A stretch of 64,000 nucleotides of DNA, from assembly GCA_965226375.1 (NCBI GenBank), contig CBDDCX010000007.1, positions 384,001 through 448,000 of the forward strand, in the 5' to 3' direction. Made by a program: the position numbers and the translations under genes. Source of the DNA: Longimicrobiales bacterium (GTDB lineage Bacteria; Gemmatimonadota; Gemmatimonadetes; Longimicrobiales; Gaopeijiaceae). The notes beneath the pieces are model-generated. The model was not told the origin of the DNA and ran no database searches. It saw nothing but the letters and a program-made list of their open reading frames with translations. Below, piece after piece: positions 11,753 through 20,106 of this stretch (the first letter of the stretch is position 1; the number at the start of each line of letters is the position of its first letter).

Positions 11753-13672
11753 ATGGCAGATATCAAGGTGACCCTTCCTGACGGGACTGTGCTGGAGGTG
11801 CCCGAGGGATCCACCGTAGGCGATGTAGCGGCGGCCATCGGCCCAGGATTGGCCAAGGCGGCTCTGGCGGGTGAGGTGGACGGTCAGACCGTGGACCTTT
11901 TCCACGTCATCGACGCCGACACCGGCCTGAAGATCATCACGGAGCGAGATCCCGACGCTCTGGGCCTGTTGCGGCACTCGGCTGCCCACGTGTTGGCTAC
12001 GGCCGTGCGCGAGCTGCGCCCGGGCGCCGGGATCGGGTTCGGGCCTGCCATCGACGACGGGTTCTACTACGACTTCGACGTGGACGAGCCGTTCACCCCG
12101 GAAGATCTGGAGATCTTCGAGGCCAAGATGGCCGAGGTGGCACAGGCCGACTACGCCTTCGAGCGCCAGATAGTGAATACCGAAGAGGCACGGAAGCTCT
12201 TCGCCGACGATCCCTTGAAGCTGGAGCGCCTGGAGGAGTTCGACGAAGACGAGATCATCACGGTCTACCGGGACGGACCTTTCCTGGATCTGTGCAAGGG
12301 ACCCCACCTGCCTTCCACCGGTCGACTCAAGCACTTCAAGCTGCTGTCCGGCGCCGGGGCGTACTGGAGAGGTGACGAGAAGCGCCAGATGCTACAGCGT
12401 ATCTACGGAACGGCGTTCTTCAAGAAGCAGGACCTGAGCGACCACCTGGAGCAGCTGGAGGAGGCCAAGAAGCGGGACCACCGGGTCCTGGGCCGGGAAC
12501 TGGATCTGTTCTCGACCGACCCGCGGGTGGGTCCGGGACTGATCCTATGGCACGCGAAGGGTTCCGTGATCCGCACCGAGATCGAGACCTTCGAGCGCGA
12601 GCTCGTGGTCCGGCACGGCTACGACCTGGTGTATACGCCCCACATCATGAGCGAGAAGATGTTCGAGATCTCGGGGCACCTCGAGAATTTCAAGGAAGGT
12701 ATGTTCGGGGCGATGGAGGTGGAGGGTGCCGCCTACCGCCCCAAGCCGATGAACTGCCCGGGGCACATCGCGATCTACGAGGCGGACCAGCGCTCGTATC
12801 GGGATCTTCCCATACGCATGGCCGAGTTCGGCACGGTGTACCGTTACGAGCGGAGCGGCGTCCTGCATGGCATGTTGCGAGTCCGCGGATTCACGCAGGA
12901 CGATGCCCACATCTTCTGTACGCCGGAGCAGGTCACGGACGAGATCAACCGTCTGGTGGACCTGGTGGACGAGATGCTCGCTGCGTTCGGCTACCCGTAC
13001 ACGATCGAGCTTGCCACCAAGCCCGAAGAGAAGGCGCTCGGTAGCGACGAGGAGTGGGACTCGGCCGTGAAGATGTTGGCCGACGCCCTGGAGGCTCGGG
13101 ATATTCCCTTCGAGTACGACATCGGGGGCGGGGCCTTCTACGGACCCAAGCTCGACTTCAAACTCATCGATGCGATCGGGCGGCAGTGGCAAGGTCCCAC
13201 GGTCCAGCTCGACTTCAACCTGCCGGAGCGTTTTGAGCTCGAGTACATCGGCGAGGACAACGAGCGCCATCGTCCGGTCATGCTTCATCGCGTTCTGGTG
13301 GGGTCTATGGAGCGATTCGTAGGCGGGCTCATCGAGCACTACGCGGGGGCGTTCCCACTGTGGTTGGCGCCGGAGCAGGTGAGGGTGCTGCCGATCTCGG
13401 AGCAGTGGGTGGAATCGGCCGAAGAGTTCGCTGCTGAGCTGCAGGCGGCCGGGATCCGTGGTGCGGTGGTGAGCCGGGAGACGCTGGGGTATCGGATTCG
13501 TGATGCGGAGATGCACAAGGTGCCGTATATGGCGGTGATCGGGGAACGCGAAGCCGAGGCGGGTACGGTGGCGGTGCGGAAGCGTGGCGACGGCAAGAAG
13601 CAGGAGGTTCGAGATCGGGGCGAGTTCGTTGCCGACCTGGTCCAAGAGGCGGAGTCCAGGGCGCTCGAATAG
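11753..13672 (+). CDS. thrS: Threonine--tRNA ligase
   Basis: TGS domain, RHSAAHVLA editing motif, KPMNCPGH, RVRGFTQDDAHIFC, GSMERF. Confidence 0.99.
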   Translation: MADIKVTLPDGTVLEVPEGSTVGDVAAAIGPGLAKAALAGEVDGQTVDLFHVIDADTGLKIITERDPDALGLLRHSAAHVLATAVRELRPGAGIGFGPAIDDGFYYDFDVDEPFTPEDLEIFEAKMAEVAQADYAFERQIVNTEEARKLFADDPLKLERLEEFDEDEIITVYRDGPFLDLCKGPHLPSTGRLKHFKLLSGAGAYWRGDEKRQMLQRIYGTAFFKKQDLSDHLEQLEEAKKRDHRVLGRELDLFSTDPRVGPGLILWHAKGSVIRTEIETFERELVVRHGYDLVYTPHIMSEKMFEISGHLENFKEGMFGAMEVEGAAYRPKPMNCPGHIAIYEADQRSYRDLPIRMAEFGTVYRYERSGVLHGMLRVRGFTQDDAHIFCTPEQVTDEINRLVDLVDEMLAAFGYPYTIELATKPEEKALGSDEEWDSAVKMLADALEARDIPFEYDIGGGAFYGPKLDFKLIDAIGRQWQGPTVQLDFNLPERFELEYIGEDNERHRPVMLHRVLVGSMERFVGGLIEHYAGAFPLWLAPEQVRVLPISEQWVESAEEFAAELQAAGIRGAVVSRETLGYRIRDAEMHKVPYMAVIGEREAEAGTVAVRKRGDGKKQEVRDRGEFVADLVQEAESRALE

Positions 13673-13780
13673 GGGAGGTCGTGCGGTTCCCTCGCTCGCT
13701 GCTATCCGGGGGACCTCCCCGCATCCCCGCTGCCACGTATCCCCCTCCTAGACGCTCGCTCGGGACCGCACGACCTCCCC
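13672..13780. repeat. Inverted repeat (REP/MITE-like palindrome) immediately after thrS
   Basis: Perfect 16-bp arms GGGGAGGTCGTGCGGT (13672-13687) and ACCGCACGACCTCCCC (13765-13780), with CGCTCGCT directly repeated just inside each arm. Confidence 0.7.
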
Positions 13781-14076
13781 TTGGTCGGCCCCCCTCTCCC
13801 GCTCGTCAGTCACAGGCTACGCTCACTGCCCCGTCTCTCACTTGGGGCGGCCCCACGCCACCGGCCACCCAGGGGGCGGCCCCTCCGCGCCGCCCCAGGG
13901 CAGCCCCCGGCCACACCACCGCGGGGCGGGCCGGTACTCCGGGCCGAAGCCGTACGCTCTCGCTGACGCGTCGGTCTTCGTAGCCGTTGCTCGCTGGCCG
14001 AGTCGCCCTTCACTGTCCAGGGCTCGGGGGCGTATATTGGCGGTTCGACTCATACTGTCCGGACTGGAGTGGCGTC

Positions 14077-14619
14077 ATGCGTATCGTTCGTTCTTGCCTG
14101 CTGATCTCGGCGCTCGCGGCTGTCGGTACCTCCGGCGTGCTGGCTCAGAGCACACCTCCCAACTTCTTGGTGGAGTTCGAGGGGCAGTTCGGTGCGTCGG
14201 CCGACAAGTTGGTGGCTCTGGCCAAGGCTATGCCGGAGTCGGCGTATGAGTGGAGCCCGATGGAGGGTGTGGCTTCAGTGGTGCGGGTGTATATGCACAT
14301 TGCTCGCTACAACTACTACTACCCGGACATCGCGTTGGGCGTGGATTCACCGATGGGGGCGGCGGAGTACGACAGTTGGGAAGAAGGGGTGACGGACAAG
14401 GAGAAGGCGGTCGCGATTCTTGCCGAGTCGATGGAGCATGTGAGGAGGGTAGCGGCCCACTTGTCTGCCATGGATCTCGAAGATGAGACTCGGCTATACG
14501 CTCGGGACGTGGGTCAATGGGCTGTGCTGCTTCAGCTCATCACGCACATGAACGAGCATCTGGGGCAGTCGATCGCTTATGCGCGTATGAACCACGTGGT
14601 GCCGCCCTGGTCGATGTAG
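14077..14619 (+). CDS. Secreted DinB-family (DinB/YfiT-like) protein
   Basis: Signal peptide MRIVRSCLLISALAAVGTSGVLAQ; YEWSP..G, MHIA, HMNEHLGQSIAYARMN.VVPPWS. Confidence 0.85.
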   Translation: MRIVRSCLLISALAAVGTSGVLAQSTPPNFLVEFEGQFGASADKLVALAKAMPESAYEWSPMEGVASVVRVYMHIARYNYYYPDIALGVDSPMGAAEYDSWEEGVTDKEKAVAILAESMEHVRRVAAHLSAMDLEDETRLYARDVGQWAVLLQLITHMNEHLGQSIAYARMNHVVPPWSM

Positions 14620-14629
14620 GCGAGGGCGC

Positions 14630-17328
14630 CTAGTTACCGATCCGGGCCTTCACCTCTTCGAAGAAGTTCTGCACGAGGATGAACTCATTGGCGGCTTCGT
14701 CGGAGGCTGCGAAGCCACGGACCATCAGGAACCGCTCATCGTCGGAGGTGATGTCGTAGAGTCCCACGACGAAGTTGTTGTTGGGTCGACCCTCGTAACC
14801 CTGCGGGACCGGGAACAGCGTCTGACGTTCCCGCACCCGAAAGCCCGACGCGGTTTCCACTTGCGCGGCCATCATCTCACCGGAGTTGTTCACGAAGAAG
14901 AGCTCCTCACCGGTGTGACCCCAGAGCGCGCCGTGCCCTCCCTCGGTCGAGACCTGCCACTTACCCGCGTTCACGTCCGGGAACGGTCGCACGAAAATCT
15001 CGTAGCGGCCCGTCTCGTCCGCACCATACGCAAGCCACCGGCCATCGGGTGACAGGGCCGGTCCCACCTCGTCGACCTCCGACGCGAGGAGCGGGAGAGG
15101 GACGGTATCCACTTCGGGACGGATGGCCAGAATGTCTCGTCCTCCGGCAACTCCTCCGGCCCCACCTGTCCGCAGGATCAACCATTCACCGTCGGGACTC
15201 CAGAACCCTTGCGAGAGAAAGACATCGTGGTCGAGTACCAGTTCTGCCTCTCCCGTTCCGTCGGCGGCTTTCGACCAGACGTCCAGATTCTCACCTCGGT
15301 TGGAAAGGAAGGTTACGTTGACACCGTCGGGGGTCCACCGGGGCATCCGTTCTTCGGCCTCACCGAACGTCAGCCGCGAGAGCGGCCCATCGTCCAGTTC
15401 CTTGATCCAGATGTCGTGGCCGGCCTCGGTCTGGGCCCGGAGCGCCAAGCGCGTGTCGTCCGGTGACAAGCTCCAGCCAGAATTGATGTTGCCGCGATCG
15501 AATGCCCAGCCGGGATCCACCGGCGTGGCGATGCCCGAACGACTCACCCAGACGAACTCTCTCTCGCCGGTAGCTGCCTCGCCTGACCAATACGCCATCG
15601 TTCCGGTTTGCGACACACTGAATTCCGGATACGCGTTCGGACTCACGACGACACCCTCGGCCACGGGCACGGGCGCTCCGAAGAGCGCCATACCGTCAAC
15701 TGCGAGAGGCGCAGCGAGGATGTTGCCATCGAGTGAGCCGAAGATGAGATGGCCGTTGGGCGTCACATAGGGCTTGATACCTGGGGCAAGTATCCTGCGT
15801 ACTCCGTCGGCCAGCCGGACAGCCTCGATCCGCTCTGGATCACCCCAGATCGTGAACACGGCGGTCTCGCCGTTCGCAAGCACCTGGAAGTCGCCGTGGG
15901 TATCGTCTCCCTCCTCGGCTCGTGTGGTGACGGGCTCCACCTCGCCACCCTGTACCGGAACCCGCTTGATGGTCCTATCGGTAGGGGAGTAGTAAAGGAA
16001 GCCGTCGGGGCCCCACCGCGAACAGCAGAACGCCGAGTCCGCCAGCGTGCGCACGACTCCCCCTTGGAGGGGGGCCACCTTGAGTTGACTCGCTGCGACA
16101 AACGCCACTTCGGTCCCGTCCGGGGAGATTCTCGGACTTGTCGGCACCGCCCCGGCGGTCCCCGGGACAGGAGTGAGCGTGAGATTGTCCCAACGGCGCA
16201 GCCAAAGCTGGAAGTCACCCTCTGAGTCGGGTCCCGTGAAGACCAGAGACGATCCGTCGGGCGCGATATCGAAGTTTGTGCTGGGAGCTTGATCCTCATG
16301 GATGAGCACCGAGAATCGTCCGATCGGCTCGGGAGAAGCCGCCGGCTCGGGGCCGAACACCGTCCCAACGAGCGCAGCGCCAAGACGGTGGACAGCGACG
16401 CGAAGGCCGTCGTCCGGCGCTTCCAGGGGCCCGGATCACCCGCTGCGGTGTCGGCCGTCTCCCCGTATCGGAAGTGCTCATCGCCTAACGCGTCGGCGAA
16501 CTCCTGCACCGACGTGAACCGATCCGCCGGGAGCTTTTCCAGCGCGCAGCGCAGCGCGGCGTCCACGTTGGCTGGAATCGACGGTCGATGCGACGTCGCA
16601 GACACGGGTCCGCCCGCAATGATCTTGCCGAGCACCGCTTGGGCCGTATTCCCCGAGTAAGGGGGCTTACCCACCAGCATCTCGTAGAGCACACACGCCA
16701 GCGCGTACGTGTCGCTTGCCGCCCCCAGAACCTGATCGCCGGTCGCCTGCTCGGGGCTCATGTAGAACGGCGTGCCCACCGACAGGCCGGTCTCAGTGAG
16801 GCGTGTACCTCCCGCGGCGCCCACCGCCAACGCGATTCCGAAGTCCGCGATCATCGGCCGGCCCTCGTGCATCAGGATGTTGGCCGGTTTGATGTCCCGG
16901 TGGATGATCTTGCTCCGGTGCGCGTAGTCCAGCGCCTCAGCCAGATCAGTCGCGATCTTCACCGCTTCGTCCACGTGAAGCTGTTGTTCCCGGTCGAGCC
17001 TGTCCTGTAGCGACTCCCCCTCCACGAACGGCATGACGTAGAAGAGGAATGAATCGGCCTCTCCCGAGTCGTGGAGTGGCAGGATGTGAGGGTGCTGCAG
17101 GTTGGCCGTGGTCTTGATCTCGGTGAGGAAACGGTCGGCCCCCACCACGGCCGCCAGCTCGGGCTTGAGGACCTTCAGCGCCACCTTGCGCTCGTGCTTC
17201 AGGTCGTTGGCCAGGTAGACCGTGGCCATGCCGCCCTCGCCGAGCTCGCGCTCTATCTGGTCGCGACCGTGCAGGGCCGCGTTCAGACGTGCGATCGGGG
17301 AGTTCGGATCGTTCATGGACGACAACAT
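14630..17328 (-). pseudogene. Frameshifted Ser/Thr protein kinase - TM - TolB-like beta-propeller (PD40 repeats)
   Basis: Kinase motifs (GEGGMATVY, VALK, HRDIKPAN, ADFGIA, GTPFYMSPEQ) in ORF 15763-17328; propeller repeats (SPDG/WSPDG) in ORF 14630-16360; frame switch inside the TM helix near 16375. Confidence 0.8.
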
Positions 17329-17574
17329 GCGGCTGACCTGGACTGTGCCACAAGCTGCTCATTGGCGCCAGCGTCGGCGTCAGGCTCAAGCGTCCACCGT
17401 GCGGGTGGCTTGCGGCATGGCTGATCCAGAGACCATGAACCGTCACACACGTCGTTCAATGGTCCCGGCGAGGGGGGGGCATTCCGAGACCGAGAGGGCT
17501 CCGTTCCGCGCTATCGCTCACCACCTTGACGGACCCAGACATCTCCATGATCTTGGTAGGTTCTGAGCCTTGGA

Positions 17575-17730
17575 ACAACGACAAAACGGAAGCGAGCGAC
17601 CTGTGAGCCGCTCCACCTTTCGGTTCCACAGATCACGTGGAAACCGCCGGGTCCAAGAGAGCGGGTGACGGGAGCGCAAAACTCTCGGCACATCGTGACC
17701 CTTGTGGCCCGGAGGAATCCGGGCTTTTTT
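17575..17730 (+). promoter_or_regulatory. Structured attenuator leader upstream of infC-rpmI-rplT (putative bL20 leader)
   Basis: Terminator GCCCGGA-GGAA-TCCGGGC-TTTTTT (17707-17730) and competing pairing of 17647-17657 with 17701-17712; the 5' boundary is approximate. Confidence 0.6.
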
Positions 17731-17792
17731 GTTGTGGATGAGCCGGGGTTTCCAAGGCCCGGGCTCCGTAAACCGTAGTGGAGGAGAGCAAG

Positions 17793-18305
17793 ATCGCAGA
17801 GCAAAGAGTCCGTATCAACGATCAGATCCGGATCAGTCCTGTCCGGTTGATCGACGACGAAGGGGGCCAGGTAGGTATCGTCTCCATCGAAGAAGCTAGG
17901 GAACTAGCGCAAAGCAAGGGCCTGGATGTGGTGGAAGTCGCCCCGGACGCTCGGCCTCCAGTGTGCAAGCTGATGGACTATGGGAAGCACAGGTACGAGG
18001 CACAGCGGGCCGCCAAGGAAGCGAAGAAGAAACAGCACCACGTTCAGGTCAAAGAGGTGAAGTTTCGCCCCGGAATCGAAGACCATGACTACAACTTCAA
18101 GGTCCGTCATGCTCGGCGGTTTCTGAGTGAAGGGAACAAGGTCAAGCTGACCATGATGTTTCGGGGACGGCAGGTGACGCACCCCGAGTTGGGACGCGAC
18201 GTGCTGCTTCGCGTCACAGAGGACCTGGAGGACGTGGGGAAGGTTGAATCCCTGCCGAGTTTCGAGGGGCGAATCATGTCGATGGTTCTGGGGCCCCTCA
18301 AGTAA
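17793..18305 (+). CDS. infC: Translation initiation factor IF-3 (probable non-canonical ATC start)
   Basis: RINDQI..VRLID, PPVCKLMDYGK, VKEVKFRP, FRGRQ; SD GGAGGA (17780-17785) is 7 nt before ATC 17793; in-frame GTG 17778 is the alternative. Confidence 0.96.
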   Translation: MAEQRVRINDQIRISPVRLIDDEGGQVGIVSIEEARELAQSKGLDVVEVAPDARPPVCKLMDYGKHRYEAQRAAKEAKKKQHHVQVKEVKFRPGIEDHDYNFKVRHARRFLSEGNKVKLTMMFRGRQVTHPELGRDVLLRVTEDLEDVGKVESLPSFEGRIMSMVLGPLK

Positions 18306-18353
18306 TTGCTCATAGGGGGACCCACCCACGGGCCCCAAGGGAGTAGATAAGCA

Positions 18354-18551
18354 ATGCCGAAAATGAAGACCAATCGTGGTGCGGCCAAGCGTCTCCGCCG
18401 AACCGCATCGGGCAAGATCCGGCGGATGCGGGCGAACAAGAGCCACATCCTCACAAAGAAGTCAAAGAAGAGAAAGCGCCGTCTCCGTACCGCCACCTTG
18501 GTGAGCAAGGCCGACGAGAAGCGCATGAAGCGACTCCTTCCAGGGTCGTAA
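18354..18551 (+). CDS. rpmI: 50S ribosomal protein L35
   Basis: [13 protein letters not shown]...HILTKKS. Confidence 0.98.
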   Translation: MPKMKTNRGAAKRLRRTASGKIRRMRANKSHILTKKSKKRKRRLRTATLVSKADEKRMKRLLPGS

Positions 18552-18569
18552 GCCAAAGGGGAAGCCTCG

Positions 18570-18932
18570 ATGCCAAGAGCAACATCAGCGCCGGCTCGTA
18601 ACAAGCGGAAAAAGAAGATTTTAAAGGCGGCCAAAGGATACTTTGGCGGCCGCAAGAACCTGTACCGGACAGCGAAGGATGCCGTTGAAAAAGGCTGGGA
18701 GCACGCGTACCGGGACCGGAAGAACAAAAAGCGCACGTTCAGGCGCCTCTGGATTACCCGGATCAACGCTGCTGCTCGTGAGAACGAGCTCTCGTATTCC
18801 CGGTTCATGAACGGACTCAAGCGCGCCGGGATCGACCTGGATCGCAAGGTGCTGGCGGATCTCGCCGTGCGCAGTCCGGAGGCTTTTAGCGCGTTGGCGG
18901 ACCGGGCCAAAGCGGGGTTGGAAGCTGGGTAG
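18570..18932 (+). CDS. rplT: 50S ribosomal protein L20
   Basis: [41 protein letters not shown]. Confidence 0.98.
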   Translation: MPRATSAPARNKRKKKILKAAKGYFGGRKNLYRTAKDAVEKGWEHAYRDRKNKKRTFRRLWITRINAAARENELSYSRFMNGLKRAGIDLDRKVLADLAVRSPEAFSALADRAKAGLEAG

Positions 18933-18960
18933 CCGCCGCCCCTTTCGGCCACGGTACGCC

Positions 18961-18994
18961 AGGGGCTTCGCGACGATTCTGTCGCGGGGCCCCT
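18961..18994 (+). terminator. Hairpin after rplT (possible terminator)
   Basis: AGGGGCTTCGCGAC-GATTCT-GTCGCGGGGCCCCT; no strong T tract. Confidence 0.55.
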
Positions 18995-19062
18995 CGCTAT
19001 TGACGGCTATGGGTAGGACCAGCGTAAGTTGTTGCCCTCAACCGAGGTGAACGCGTTCATAT

Positions 19063-20106
19063 ATGAGTGATTCTAACTCTCTCATCGACACCCTGAAGGC
19101 CCTCGAGGCCGAGGCTCTTGCCGCGATAGAGGATGCCTCGAGCGCTGAGACTCTCGAGGAGCTTCGCATCGCCTATTTGGGCCGGAAAGAGGGCCGCATC
19201 TCGGCGGTCCTGCGCGGACTGGGTGCGCTCGACGTGTCCGAGCGTCCCGCTGTAGGGGCCGAGGCGAACCGTGTTAAGCAGGCCCTCCAGTCGGCTCTGG
19301 AGGAAGGGGAAGGTGCGGTGGCGGGAGAGAGTGTCCCCACCGGTCCTGCCGAGGACCTCACGTTGCCCGGCCGGACTCGCTGGAAGGGTGGCATCCATCC
19401 GGTGAACCAGGTCGTCGACGAAATCTGGCAGATCTTCCGATCTTTGGGGTTCGTACGTGCTCGTGGGCCCGAGGCCGACACCGAGTGGTACAACTTCTTG
19501 GCTCTGAATACGCCACTCGACCATCCGGCAGCCGATGAGCAGGACACGCTCTACCTGAAGGACTCCGTTCTCCTCCGCAGCCACACGTCGCCCGTGCAGG
19601 TGCGAGTAATGGAGCACCATCCCCCTCCCATTCGCATTCTGGCACCTGGAATGGTCTATCGGCGAGACACCTACGATGCCACCCACACCCCGGCGTTTGC
19701 GCAGATCGAGGGCCTGGTGGTGGACGAGGGGATCACCTTTGTGGACTTCAAGGCCACACTGGCCGAGTTCGCGCGCCGATTCTGGGGTCCGGGGACCAAG
19801 GTCCGCTTCCGTCCCTCCTACTTTCCCTTCACCGAGCCCAGCGCGGAAGTGGACGTGAAGCGGCAGCTGACCATGAAAGACGGGACCCAGGTCGAGTCCG
19901 ATTGGATCGAGATCATGGGGGCCGGAATGGTGGACCCCAACGTGCTCGAAAACGTGGGTTACGACGCGGAGCGCTACACCGGATTCGCGTTCGGCATGGG
20001 GCCGGCCCGTATCGCGCTCCTCAAGTACGGCGTGCCCGATCTCCGGCTGTTCTTCGAGAACGACGTCCGTTTCCTCTCCCAGTTCGCGCAGGGAGGGGCC
20101 TCATGA
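19063..20106 (+). CDS. pheS: Phenylalanine--tRNA ligase alpha subunit
   Basis: LRSHTSPVQ, YRRDTYDATHTP.F.QIEGL, RFRPSYFPFTEPS, GFAFGMG. Confidence 0.98.
   Translation: MSDSNSLIDTLKALEAEALAAIEDASSAETLEELRIAYLGRKEGRISAVLRGLGALDVSERPAVGAEANRVKQALQSALEEGEGAVAGESVPTGPAEDLTLPGRTRWKGGIHPVNQVVDEIWQIFRSLGFVRARGPEADTEWYNFLALNTPLDHPAADEQDTLYLKDSVLLRSHTSPVQVRVMEHHPPPIRILAPGMVYRRDTYDATHTPAFAQIEGLVVDEGITFVDFKATLAEFARRFWGPGTKVRFRPSYFPFTEPSAEVDVKRQLTMKDGTQVESDWIEIMGAGMVDPNVLENVGYDAERYTGFAFGMGPARIALLKYGVPDLRLFFENDVRFLSQFAQGGAS

Noticed and set aside
13681..13983. Pro/Arg-rich ORFs after thrS
   Set aside because: Translations of a palindromic, C-rich intergenic element; no SD and no protein-like composition
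19902..20102. ORF-track N-terminal extensions (pheT; also mutL, uppP, birA, xseB, dxs)
   Set aside because: Family homology begins at downstream starts; most extensions overlap the upstream gene, and most downstream starts have an SD or a stop/start overlap
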